54,074 nt of DNA, from assembly GCA_022562475.1 (NCBI GenBank), contig JADFPD010000002.1, positions 1 through 54,074 on the forward strand. Direction: 5' to 3'. The first letter of the stretch is position 1, and each line of letters opens with the position of its first letter. The notes beneath the pieces were generated by a model that did no database searches, was not told where the DNA came from, and saw nothing but the letters and a program-made list of their open reading frames with translations. A program made the translations under genes and the position numbers. Positions 45,007 to 54,074 of this stretch are shown one piece after another. Source of the stretch: Chloroflexota bacterium (GTDB lineage: Bacteria > Chloroflexota > Dehalococcoidia > Lucifugimonadales > UBA3495).

Positions 45007-46296
45007 TTATGCGTCTCTGTTCAGGTTGGCCAAGAATTCTTCATTGTTGTCTGACTTGGCCAGCCGCTCCAAGACCCGCTCGGTGGCATTCGCGCCGCCG
45101 TCGTTGGAGATGAGACTGATCATGCGCCGCAGCAGCACGATCTGCTTCAACGTTTCCTCACTGAACAGCAACTCCTCACGGCGGGTGCCGCTGCGTACGA
45201 TGTCGATGGCCGGGAAGTAGCGGCGCTCCGCCAGTTTCCGGTCCAGGTGCAGCTCCATGTTGCCGGTGCCTTTGAACTCCTCGTAGATCACCTCGTCCAT
45301 CCGGCTGCCGGTGTCCACCAGGCAGGTGGCGATGATGGTCAGAGAGCCGCCTTCCTCGATGTTGCGGGCGCCGCCGAAGAATTTCTTGGGCGGGTATAGC
45401 GCCGCCGGGTCAATGCCGCCGGAAAGGGTCCGGCCGCTGGTGGGAACGGCCAGGTTATACGCACGGGTGAGGCGGGTGATGCTGTCCAGCAGGATGACGA
45501 CGTCTTTCCCCATCTCCACCAGCCGCTTGGCCCGTTCCAGGCAGAGTTCCGCGACCCGGCACTGTTCTTCCACCGATTCATCAAAGGTGGACGCGAAGAC
45601 ATCGCCGTTCACCGCCCGGCGCATGTCGGTAACTTCCTCAGGGCGCTCCCCGATGAGGGCCACCATCAACGTGGCTTCGGGGCAGTTCTGCTGGACGCCG
45701 TGGGCGATCTGTTTCAGCATGGTGGTCTTGCCGGCTTTGGGGGGCGAGACGATCAGGCCGCGCTGACCCAGGCCGATGGGAGCGAACAGGTCGACCATTC
45801 TGGTGGACAGTTCTGAGCCTGACGTTTCCAGGATCACCTGCTTCTCGGGGAAGATGGGGGTCATGTGTTCGAAGGTCGGGCGGTACCGGCTCTGGACCTG
45901 GTCGGTTTCCATCCCGTTGATCAGTTCGACCCGGACCAGTCCGAAGTAGCGCTCTCCCTCTTTCGGCGGCCGGACCTGCCCCGTGACGGTGTCGCCGTTC
46001 CTGAGGTTGAACCGCCGGATCTGGGACTGGGAGATGTAGACGTCTCCGGACGCCCGTTGGGTGATGACCTGCCGGAGGAAGCCGTAACCCTCGTCCATGA
46101 TTTCCAGGATTCCGGTTGATTCCAGCGCCTGTTGGGCGGAGACCACTTGGAACAGCCGGCTGAGCAGGTCTTCTTTATGCAGGTTCGCCAGAGCATGGGT
46201 GTCGTTCAATCCGACGTCGCTGGCCAAGCCCAAGAGCTCTTCTTTGGACTTAGCCCCCATCTCCGACACATCGAGCATTTTTTGAGTGGTCGCCAT
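45007..46296 (-). CDS. rho: transcription termination factor Rho
   Basis: N-terminal insertion/RNA-binding domain (GYGFLR), Walker A PPKAGKT, and the Q/R loops. The ATG at 46296 follows GAGGTG; the track's start at 46302 is a GTG. Confidence 0.95.
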   Translation of the reverse strand: MATTQKMLDVSEMGAKSKEELLGLASDVGLNDTHALANLHKEDLLSRLFQVVSAQQALESTGILEIMDEGYGFLRQVITQRASGDVYISQSQIRRFNLRNGDTVTGQVRPPKEGERYFGLVRVELINGMETDQVQSRYRPTFEHMTPIFPEKQVILETSGSELSTRMVDLFAPIGLGQRGLIVSPPKAGKTTMLKQIAHGVQQNCPEATLMVALIGERPEEVTDMRRAVNGDVFASTFDESVEEQCRVAELCLERAKRLVEMGKDVVILLDSITRLTRAYNLAVPTSGRTLSGGIDPAALYPPKKFFGGARNIEEGGSLTIIATCLVDTGSRMDEVIYEEFKGTGNMELHLDRKLAERRYFPAIDIVRSGTRREELLFSEETLKQIVLLRRMISLISNDGGANATERVLERLAKSDNNEEFLANLNRDA

Positions 46297-46501
46297 GTTC
46301 ACCTCTTAACAGGGGTCCTTGATCGTGGACCAGGCTGTGGCCCAGCAGAGGCAACGTTCCGGCAGGCGCCGGAATGTAGCTCTGCGGAGGGGCCCTCGTA
46401 CTACGCGCCCGCGGTCTGGTTGACCGTGATTCTGCGGACTAAATAACGTTTGCCGGCTGGTTTAAATCTCTCGGGTGTGCCGCCGTTCGCCGGCCCGGCG
46501 G

Positions 46502-47161
46502 CTAGGAGTTGGCTATCTTATCCCAGTCCGCCTTGAACCGGGCTACGCCGGAGGCAGTTAGGGGGTGTTCGACCATTTGGGTCAGTATCTTATAAGGAAC
46601 GGTCGCGATGTGGGCCCCGGCCTGGGCCGCCATGGTGCAATGCAGCGTGTGGCGGATGCTGGCCGCCAACACCTTGGTTTCAATATTGTATTCCTTGTAC
46701 ACGGATACTATGTCTTTAATCAGGTCTATGCCTTGAAGACCGATGTCATCCAGCCGGCCAATAAAAGGGCTGACCGCCGTGGAACCGGCCTGAGCGCCCA
46801 GGATAGCCTGGTTCACCGAGAAACATAGCGTCTGATTGATCTTGATCCCTTCTTCGGCCAGGACCGATATCGCCTCGAACCCTTCAGCCGTGCTGGGAAT
46901 CTTCACCCAGGGATTGGGGATCCAAGTCGCGATGTCGCGCCCTTCGTCGATCATCCCTTTGGCGTCGAGGGATATCACTTCCACGGATATGGGTCCATCG
47001 ACGATGTCGGATATCTCGCGCACCGCCGACTTATAGCTTTCCGCATTTCCAATGCCTTCAGCGGACGCCAGCGATGGATTGGTGGTGACTCCGCTGATCA
47101 CTCCCATCCGGGCGCCGTCTCTGATCTCCTGGATATTGGCTGTGTCCAAAAAGAGTTTCAT
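46502..47161 (-). CDS. tal: fructose-6-phosphate aldolase / transaldolase, subfamily 3B
   Basis: 219 aa. [12 protein letters not shown]......[11 protein letters not shown] and the catalytic-Lys region (VKIPST). Confidence 0.9.
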   Translation of the reverse strand: MKLFLDTANIQEIRDGARMGVISGVTTNPSLASAEGIGNAESYKSAVREISDIVDGPISVEVISLDAKGMIDEGRDIATWIPNPWVKIPSTAEGFEAISVLAEEGIKINQTLCFSVNQAILGAQAGSTAVSPFIGRLDDIGLQGIDLIKDIVSVYKEYNIETKVLAASIRHTLHCTMAAQAGAHIATVPYKILTQMVEHPLTASGVARFKADWDKIANS

Positions 47162-47292
47162 GGTTTCATCACCCCTCTAAGAATTTCTTCAGCGAGCCCG
47201 TTCTCGTCGAGGTTGGGGCCCATAAGCCGGTTGATCGGGGTTTTCTTGTCGGACATGAAAGATTGTTGCATCGGGCAAGCCTGATCGCCGGT

Positions 47293-48939
47293 CTATTTGG
47301 AGTTTAGGTCCAAAGGCAAGGGCCTTTGGGCGCCTTCCCGGATCGTCTCTTTGGCGGCCCCGATGAACTGTTTGAATAACGGGTGAGGCCGGTTGGGCCG
47401 GGACTTGAACTCTGGGTGGTATTGGGTGCCGACCATGAACGGATGGTCCAACACCTCACCGGTTTCGACTAAATTCCCGTCTGGGGAGAGCCCGCCGACG
47501 ATCAGTCCGGATTTTTCCATCGACTCCCGGTAGGAATTGTTAAGCTCGAACCGGTGACGGTGCCGCTCCATAATTGTGTCGGCCCCGTAGGCCGCTTTAG
47601 TCTGGGTATGACTCTGGGGATGACAGGGATAATCCCCCAACCGCATGGTGCCCCCCTTGATGGAGACGCCCTCTTGGTCAGGCATTATGTGCACCACCGG
47701 GTTTTCGGTATCCGGGGCCAGCTCCTCCGAGTTGGCGTCCTCTATACCCAGGACGTTCCTGGCCCATTCGATGACCATTACCTGCAAACCGAGGCACAGG
47801 CCAAGATAGGGGACCTTATGCTCTCTGGCGTAGCGTACCGTGTCAATCATTCCTTCAACGCCCCGGGGGCCGAATCCGCCCGGGACCACGATCCCGCAGA
47901 CGGCGGCCAGATGCGCCTCCGGCCCGTCCCGCTCGATATCTTCGGAGTGGACCCACTGGATATCGATGTCCCTGGTGTGTTCCAAGCCGGCATGCCGTAG
48001 CGCTTCGCGGACCGAGATATAAGAATCAGGGTACTCAACGTACTTGCCGACCAGGGCGATGGATAGATTTTCTTTGGGTTCGTTCATGCGGTCGACCATC
48101 GCCGACCATTCGGTCAGGTCTAGGGGTTGACCTCCAAGACTCAGGGCCTTCATAACAATATTGCCCAAGCCGGCTTCCTCAAGCATCAACGGCACTTCAT
48201 AGACGTTGTCAACGGTAACCACGGGAATCACGGCTTCCAAAGGTACATCGCAAAAAGCCGAGATCTTCTCGCAGATAGCCTCGGATACCGGATGGTCGCT
48301 TCTGCAAAGGATGGCGTCGGGTTGTATGCCTATCGAACGCAATTCTTTCACGCTGTGTTGGGTCGGTTTCGTCTTCAATTCTTGTGCTGCCGATATGTAA
48401 GGAAGCAAGGTCAGGTGGATGTAGAAAACATTGTCCCGGCCCACATCATTCCTCATTTGCCGGATGGCCTCCAAGAAAGGCAGCCCCTCAATGTCCCCCA
48501 CCGTCCCTCCGACCTCGGTGATGATCACATCGGCGCTTGATTCGGCGGCCAGAGCGAGGATTCGGTCTTTGATGGCGTTTGTGACGTGGGGCACCGTCTG
48601 AATGGTGCCGCCTAGAAAGTCGCCGCGCCGCTCCTTGGCGATTATGTTGAGATAGACTTCTCCGGCGGTGAGGTTGGAGGACCGGGTCAGTTCTACGTCG
48701 ATGAATCTTTCGTAGTGGCCCAGATCAAGGTCGGTCTCTCCGCCGTCTCGGGTCACAAACACTTCACCGTGCTGATAGGGAGACATGGTGCCCGGATCGA
48801 CATTGAGGTAAGGGTCCAACTTGATGACGGAGACGGAGAGTCCCCGGCTTTTCAGGATGCGTCCGATCGATGCGACGCTGATCCCTTTGCCCAGTGAACT
48901 GACAACTCCCCCGGTAACGAAGATAAACTTTGTCGGCAT
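47293..48939 (-). CDS. pyrG: CTP synthase
   Basis: KFIFVTGGVVSSLGKG, the GATase Cys (GLCLGLQ), and HRHRFE. The ATG at 48939 is preferred over the upstream TTG at 48951. Confidence 0.95.
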   Translation of the reverse strand: MPTKFIFVTGGVVSSLGKGISVASIGRILKSRGLSVSVIKLDPYLNVDPGTMSPYQHGEVFVTRDGGETDLDLGHYERFIDVELTRSSNLTAGEVYLNIIAKERRGDFLGGTIQTVPHVTNAIKDRILALAAESSADVIITEVGGTVGDIEGLPFLEAIRQMRNDVGRDNVFYIHLTLLPYISAAQELKTKPTQHSVKELRSIGIQPDAILCRSDHPVSEAICEKISAFCDVPLEAVIPVVTVDNVYEVPLMLEEAGLGNIVMKALSLGGQPLDLTEWSAMVDRMNEPKENLSIALVGKYVEYPDSYISVREALRHAGLEHTRDIDIQWVHSEDIERDGPEAHLAAVCGIVVPGGFGPRGVEGMIDTVRYAREHKVPYLGLCLGLQVMVIEWARNVLGIEDANSEELAPDTENPVVHIMPDQEGVSIKGGTMRLGDYPCHPQSHTQTKAAYGADTIMERHRHRFELNNSYRESMEKSGLIVGGLSPDGNLVETGEVLDHPFMVGTQYHPEFKSRPNRPHPLFKQFIGAAKETIREGAQRPLPLDLNSK

Positions 48940-49182
48940 TTGCCTACGCAAAAAATGGGTGTTGGTGAGGGGTGTTCAATCTACCAAACCACCGCCCCAA
49001 TAGACACGCCAATCAATACAATGGAAGCATGAGCGTGCAGGGGGCGCTAAATGAAAACGAGGGCGTTTGCGGGGAATCCAACGCTAATTATAGGAGCCGA
49101 TTTTCCAAAGTGTCAAGCGTCAAAGGATGAAGATTGGAAATATCTGAAATCCATTTGGTCGGGCCGGCCGACTCGGTCCGCG

Positions 49183-50589
49183 TCACACGCGCGGCAGCTT
49201 TTCCAGGTAATCGGCGTCGTATTCGGCGATCCACCCCAGCTCCACCTGTTCATCCAGGGGGACCGCGCCTGGCGCTCCCCCGCCCTCAGGCAAATTTCCG
49301 ATGGTCCGGTCTTCGGCAAGCACCTTCAGCCTATCCTGGTCTATCCCCAACAACTCCCCTAAGACATATTCGTTGGCTTCCCCCAAACGTGGGGCCGGCC
49401 CCCGGATTTCAGCTTCGCTCCGGGAGAACTTCCAGCCCCTTCCCACGTATCCCTTGGGCCGCAGACCCGCTTCAGGAGGGTTGTGAACGGTCTCGAAGAA
49501 ACCCCGGTCCAAGTATTGGGGGTCGGTCAACGCCTGCTTGGCCGTTAGCACCGCCCCGGCGGGCGCTCCCGCACCTTGCAGTGTCTCCATGACCTGGTAG
49601 GAGGTCCTGGCCGATGTCCAGGCTGAGATGATCTCGTCCAGTTCTTCTTGATGTCGCCGGCGGTCGATGGGGTCGGCGAACCGGGGATCGGAGGCGAGTT
49701 CCGGCATGCCCATCCCGAGGCAGACCGCTTGCCAGTCGCTTTCATCGCGCGACGCGATGGCCACCCATTGGTCGTGGCCCTGACAGGGGTAAACGCCGTG
49801 GGGCGACCAGACGGGATGACGGTTTCCGATGCGCTGGGTCCTCCGGCCGTTGAAAGCGTAGTCCAGTAGACCAGCGCCGATAACGGTGGTACCGGTCTGA
49901 TACATCGCCAGGTCGATCCACTGGCCCTCGCCGGTGCGGGCCCTCCGCAGCAGGGCAGCCATCAAGGAGCTCAGGGCTGTCCAGGTAGCGAGGAAATCGG
50001 AGTAGGAGTTTCCCATCTTGTTGGGGACCTGCCCGTCGGTCAGTCGGCCGTCCTCCCCTTCCTCCATATATCCCATGAATGCCCCGGTGCCGTGGGTCGG
50101 TTCCAAGGCCGACGCCATGGCCCCAAAGTTGCTCCAGGGCCCGCTATGCCCGTATCCGGTGTTGGACACCATGATCAGGTCCGGCTTGCGGTCCCGAAGG
50201 CTTTGGAAGTCCAATCCGAACCGGGCCATCACCCTAGGCGTGAAATTCTCCAGGACAACGTCGCAGACCCCAACCAGATCTTTGATGATCTTCTGAGACT
50301 CCTCGGAACGGAGGTCCAAGGTCAAACTTCGCTTGCCTCGGTTCAGGTTTTGAAAGGTGCCGCCCTGCTCCCACCACAGCTCACCGGGCTGGTTGTCTGG
50401 GAAAGGCCCTGTCAGAGTCCGGGTGGTGTCCATGAACTGGGCCTGGCAGGTGTCGATCTTGATGACCTCGGCGCCTAGGTCTGCCAGGTTTGCCCCGGCG
50501 AAGGGCATGGCGAAGACGCGGCTCAGGTCCAATACCCGGATGTTTTTCAGCGGGGCCAAGCGTTTCAAGGGTTTGGGGGCAGGTGGCAT
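49183..50589 (-). CDS. family III CoA-transferase (CaiB/BaiF/Frc family)
   Basis: 468 aa. N-terminal IRVLDLSRVFAMPFAGANLADLGAEVIKID is typical of PF02515. Confidence 0.85.
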   Translation of the reverse strand: MPPAPKPLKRLAPLKNIRVLDLSRVFAMPFAGANLADLGAEVIKIDTCQAQFMDTTRTLTGPFPDNQPGELWWEQGGTFQNLNRGKRSLTLDLRSEESQKIIKDLVGVCDVVLENFTPRVMARFGLDFQSLRDRKPDLIMVSNTGYGHSGPWSNFGAMASALEPTHGTGAFMGYMEEGEDGRLTDGQVPNKMGNSYSDFLATWTALSSLMAALLRRARTGEGQWIDLAMYQTGTTVIGAGLLDYAFNGRRTQRIGNRHPVWSPHGVYPCQGHDQWVAIASRDESDWQAVCLGMGMPELASDPRFADPIDRRRHQEELDEIISAWTSARTSYQVMETLQGAGAPAGAVLTAKQALTDPQYLDRGFFETVHNPPEAGLRPKGYVGRGWKFSRSEAEIRGPAPRLGEANEYVLGELLGIDQDRLKVLAEDRTIGNLPEGGGAPGAVPLDEQVELGWIAEYDADYLEKLPRV

Positions 50590-50632
50590 TTTTCTGATTG
50601 CCTTCCTATATTTAGGTCGGTTGGATGATTGG

Positions 50633-51829
50633 CTAGATGACGCCGTGCTGCCTGAGCGATATCAAGTCTTCGGGTGAGTAGCCCAATTCTTGTCCGAATA
50701 TCTCCGAATTGTGCTGGCCCAAGAGCGGGGCCGGCCGGGATGCGGTGATCGTCTCTCCGGGCAGCCGCACGGCCATCCCCGGGTATTGGGCCACGCCGAC
50801 CACGGGATGGTCCACCTCGACGAAGAAGTCACGGGCTTGGAGATGGGGGCACTCGGCTAGGTCTCCAGCGTCCTGGGCCATGCCGAACACCAAGCGCTGC
50901 TCGCCCGACGCCAGGAAAAGCGGCATCCGGTCCCATCGGGCTAGACCTTTGATCAACAGCTCTCTAAGCTCTTCGCCGTGGGCGACCCTGCCGGCGCCGG
51001 TGGCGAACTTCTCGTCCTGCAGCTCCTCTCCACCGATCAAGCCGGCGATGGCCGACCATGGTTGGGAACCCTGCACCGAAGGGGCCACGTAGCCGTCGCG
51101 GGCGGGCATCAGTTCTTCGAAGCCCGCCCCCCGGACCGGACGGCGACCTTTCACCGCTCCCATGTAGTTGTAGTAGGGCACCGGTTGGACCAGGTGGGCG
51201 CCCAGACATTCGGTGGCCGCGACGTCCACCTGCTGGCCTTCGCCGGAGGTGAGCCGGGCGAATAGGGCCACCTGGGTGGCCGCGGCGGCGTTGGCTCCGG
51301 CCACATAGAATGACTGGTCCAGAACGCTGCGCAGGGGCGATTGATCGGAATCGCCCGAATGGTACATGAGACCGCTCAGGGCATAGGTTACGATGTCGGT
51401 CGCCTGAAAATCCCGGTAGGGGCCGGTCTGACCGAAGGGGGTGATGGAGGTGACCACCAGTCCGGGGTTTATCCCGGCCAAGGACGCATAGTCCAAGCCG
51501 AGTTCCTTGGACCGGGCCGGCGGGTAGTTCTCCACCAACACGTCGGCGCCAGCCAAAAGCCGGTCAAGCAGTCTGCGGCCGCTGACGCTGGAAGGGTCCA
51601 GAGTGACGCCCTTCTTGTTGGTGTTCAGATAAAGAAAGGTCAGGCTCTTTTCCAAGTCGGGGTCGTCGCCGGCGAAGGGACCCATACGGCGGGCATCGTC
51701 ACCGGAACCGGGGACCTCGATCTTTATCACCTCCGCCCCGTAGTCCGCCAGAATCTTGGCGCACCAGGGCGCGGAGATCCCGGATCCCAGGTCCAAGACG
51801 CGAAACCCGGTCAGCAGCCCAGCGGGCAT
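50633..51829 (-). CDS. family III CoA-transferase (CaiB/BaiF/Frc family)
   Basis: The true start is the ATG at 51829 (MPAGLLTGFRVLDLGSGISAPWCAKILADYGAEVIKIE). It overlaps the stop of the upstream hydratase gene by 1 nt (ATGA). Confidence 0.85.
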   Translation of the reverse strand: MPAGLLTGFRVLDLGSGISAPWCAKILADYGAEVIKIEVPGSGDDARRMGPFAGDDPDLEKSLTFLYLNTNKKGVTLDPSSVSGRRLLDRLLAGADVLVENYPPARSKELGLDYASLAGINPGLVVTSITPFGQTGPYRDFQATDIVTYALSGLMYHSGDSDQSPLRSVLDQSFYVAGANAAAATQVALFARLTSGEGQQVDVAATECLGAHLVQPVPYYNYMGAVKGRRPVRGAGFEELMPARDGYVAPSVQGSQPWSAIAGLIGGEELQDEKFATGAGRVAHGEELRELLIKGLARWDRMPLFLASGEQRLVFGMAQDAGDLAECPHLQARDFFVEVDHPVVGVAQYPGMAVRLPGETITASRPAPLLGQHNSEIFGQELGYSPEDLISLRQHGVI

Positions 51830-52896
51830 CAGTCTTCCACTTCCCAGACCAGGGGCAGGCTCTGGCCCTTCTTGGGCAAAACCACGGTGCCTCGGCCGGA
51901 GGCGGTCCGCTCCCCCCGGTTGTTGGTCAGATTGACATCGCAGTCCACGTGGCCATAGCCTCCGACATCGCGGAGGGCGGTGACCGTACCCGATGCAGTG
52001 ATCACGTCTCCGGGGTAGTCCATTCCCCGGTGTTCCACATAGAAACGCTTGAACCACCCTTCCGGGCCGGCGAGCTGAATCATCAATTGCCCAAGATATT
52101 GGTTCTTCAGCGACCCATTCACAACGACATTCGACAGGCCCTGATGGACCTGAGCGAAGGGCAGGTCCCAGTGGATGCGGGCGTAATTTCCATTGGCGGA
52201 AGCCCAGCGCACGAGATGGGTGGTGGTGAGCGGGCCTTTGACCACTTGCTCCAATTCCATGCCAACCGACACGTCTTCGAAATATCTTTGGGTCCCCGCT
52301 GCATGGACGGCGCGGGGAACGGTCTGATCGGAGGCGGGAGGGGAGATCACAACGCTATTCAGTCCTTCTCCGGCGTCGGCGGCCGCCTTTACCTCCTCGC
52401 TGGGCGGCCGGCTCCGATGGATGCTGACACGGTCGGCGACGCTGATGGCGTCCCCATTCTGGTTGGTCTGAGTCTCCCGCCGGACCACGAATACCAGAGG
52501 GCCCGAGCGGCCCTGCTTCTCGAAGATGTCCACGAATCGAAATTGGCGGGTTACCCAATCCCCAACGTAGGCCGGGCGCAGAAATTGCCAATCGCTGCCG
52601 CCGTTCAGACCGTAGCTGTTGAAGGGCAGGGGCACATCGAAATGGGACTCCTGGCCGGCGCCGAAATATCCGATGGGCGGGGCGATGTCCTTCCAGGTCG
52701 CCAAGGGAGGGCACAGCAACCCTTTGAACCGGCTGGCCTCGGCCACGGCCCGGTCGATGTACAGAGGGTTGGGGTCTTCAGTGGCGTCGGCCAGATCGTA
52801 GGCCATCTCTTCGCTGAGGGGGAAACGGTTCCTTTCGGGCGAGGTCTCGCTGCCGATCAGCGCGCGGACCTCCGGAGTGATCAGGCTGTCTGCCAT
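51829..52896 (-). CDS. fused double hot-dog (FAS1-like dehydratase N-domain + MaoC-like) enoyl-CoA hydratase
   Basis: The ATG at 52896 (MADSLITPEV..) follows AGGGAG. N-half ..DATEDPNPLY.D; C-half ..ASANGNYARIHWD...A......V.NG... Confidence 0.8.
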   Translation of the reverse strand: MADSLITPEVRALIGSETSPERNRFPLSEEMAYDLADATEDPNPLYIDRAVAEASRFKGLLCPPLATWKDIAPPIGYFGAGQESHFDVPLPFNSYGLNGGSDWQFLRPAYVGDWVTRQFRFVDIFEKQGRSGPLVFVVRRETQTNQNGDAISVADRVSIHRSRPPSEEVKAAADAGEGLNSVVISPPASDQTVPRAVHAAGTQRYFEDVSVGMELEQVVKGPLTTTHLVRWASANGNYARIHWDLPFAQVHQGLSNVVVNGSLKNQYLGQLMIQLAGPEGWFKRFYVEHRGMDYPGDVITASGTVTALRDVGGYGHVDCDVNLTNNRGERTASGRGTVVLPKKGQSLPLVWEVED

Positions 52897-53089
52897 GCGA
52901 AGCGCTCCCTGTGTGATTGCCAGATAGGATGATCGCCAGATAGGCGCAGGCGTGCGCCGCGTGCAGTTTAGCATACCCCGAATGCCATAGCCGGGTGTAT
53001 CATGTGGGCCGGTCAAGATGTCACCCGGCGGTAGTTCTCCGGTCACGATAATGCAGCGTTTTCCGGCCGGATATCATGGAGAGGATGCG

Positions 53090-53599
53090 ATGACCCTGAA
53101 CGAGTTTATCGAAGACGCATTTAACACTGAACACGAGTACCTCATGGACGCCCTGAGAGACCTCACGCCTGAAGAGTTGATGTGGCGGGCCGGCCCTGAT
53201 GCCAACCCCATCGGCTGGATCCTGTGGCACATGACCAGAGTGGAAGACATGTGGTTCCAGTTCTTCGTTCAGCGTCAGACCGAGATCTGGGAACGGGATG
53301 GCTGGAATGAGAAGTTCGGATTGCCCACCAGGGACAACGGCTTTGACCACACACTGGAGCAGGTGGCCAACTTTCCGGCCTATGATCTGTCTGAGATGTT
53401 GGCGTACGGAGAAGCGGTGCGAGCCGCGACATTGAGTTACTTGAAAACGGTTACTCCGGAGCAGATGAACGAGGTCCCGCGGGAGGCCCGGCCCGAGATG
53501 TCGGTGGGCCGAATATTTAGACAGGTTGTCGGCGAGATCTACCAGCACCAGGGCCACATCGCCTACCTGAAGGGACTGGCCCGGGCCGGGAAGTCATAG
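53090..53599 (+). CDS. DinB-family (DinB_2/DUF664-like) protein
   Basis: The ATG at 53090 follows GGAGAGGA. Four-helix-bundle His motifs: ..GWILWHMTRVED.. and ..IYQHQGHIAYL... Confidence 0.85.
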   Translation: MTLNEFIEDAFNTEHEYLMDALRDLTPEELMWRAGPDANPIGWILWHMTRVEDMWFQFFVQRQTEIWERDGWNEKFGLPTRDNGFDHTLEQVANFPAYDLSEMLAYGEAVRAATLSYLKTVTPEQMNEVPREARPEMSVGRIFRQVVGEIYQHQGHIAYLKGLARAGKS

Positions 53600-53769
53600 A
53601 GTAGGGTCTTAGGTGCATTCCAAACCAAAGTACGATCCAAGTTCCTTGACATAGGAAACCCCTGCGGGTAGCTTGAAATCACCCATTTCATCCCGGAACC
53701 GCGCCGGTTTTCCCGCAGGCGACCAGGGAACAGCCCAACGTTAACCTCACCGGCGCTTGAATAGCGATT

Positions 53770-54074
53770 TGAAAACAGCGGCAGGCATCCTCCGAAAATT
53801 CTTTCTCCAGCCCAAGCTCAGGATGTTCATGGGTCTGGCCATCGGCGCGGGCATCGGTATCGCCATGGTCCGGGATGTGGAATGGGGGTTACTCTCTGCC
53901 GCCTTCACCGATTTTCCGGTCCGTTACGGTCTGATATCTTTGGCGGTATTCTCCGCGGCCACAGCCATGCGGGCCTACCGTTGGCAGGTGTTGTTCATCG
54001 GCGACAAGGTGCCACTGCACCGGCTTCTGTTGGTGCAGAACGTTGGCATCGGCCTCAACAGCGTCTCCCCCGTC
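53770..54074 (+). CDS. lysylphosphatidylglycerol-synthase-TM-region/flippase-like (UPF0104) membrane protein, N-terminal part; runs off the window
   Basis: The open frame reads ..LRKFFLQPKLRMFMGLAIGAGIGIAMV..AMRAYRWQVLF....V.L.RLLLVQNVGIGLNSVSP. The R.YRW..L motif is typical. The start is uncertain (TTG at 53758 or 53770, or ATG at 53824). Confidence 0.5.

Overview
This is a high-GC bacterial chromosomal segment; housekeeping lines I spot-counted are about 62% GC. The gene content looks Chloroflexota-like (many LLM/F420-type oxidoreductases, family III CoA-transferases, an FGE-type enzyme, Ig-repeat surface proteins), but that is inference only. Most of the window is housekeeping: trmI, aldehyde dehydrogenase, pdxS/pdxT, tmk, aroC/aroE, valS, polX, hrcA, bioY, rho, tal/fsa, pyrG, and two tRNAs (Gly-GCC and Phe-GAA). 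I found no rRNA, CRISPR array or IS transposase.

There are five accessory or unusual patches:
1. An AT-rich islet at about 3.44-6.98 kb (about 42% GC in a spot-counted line). It carries a co-directional pair: a HEPN/DUF4145-like + CBS-pair protein followed by a stand-alone TIR protein. A homocysteine S-methyltransferase is tightly linked, and a HicB-like gene lies nearby. I consider the TIR + HEPN-CBS pair the best candidate for an undescribed Thoeris-like signalling defence module.
2. A 2.1 kb insertion at tRNA-Gly, bounded by unusually long (~275 nt) direct repeats that begin exactly in the anticodon loop.
3. A ~5.8 kb island at tRNA-Phe, bounded by an 18-nt 3'-end repeat. It carries a decayed tyrosine integrase and a 4xGAF histidine kinase whose single 975-codon frame is broken only by two in-frame TAG codons.
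4. A SelW/Rdx-like selenoprotein gene with an in-frame UGA (CxxU motif) and a SECIS-like hairpin, which the ORF track splits.
5. A cell-envelope cluster: an 850-aa IPT/TIG-repeat surface protein, a membrane-anchored collagen-like (Gly-X-Y) protein and a related tail-anchored protein.

All family assignments come from motif recognition by eye. No searches were run.
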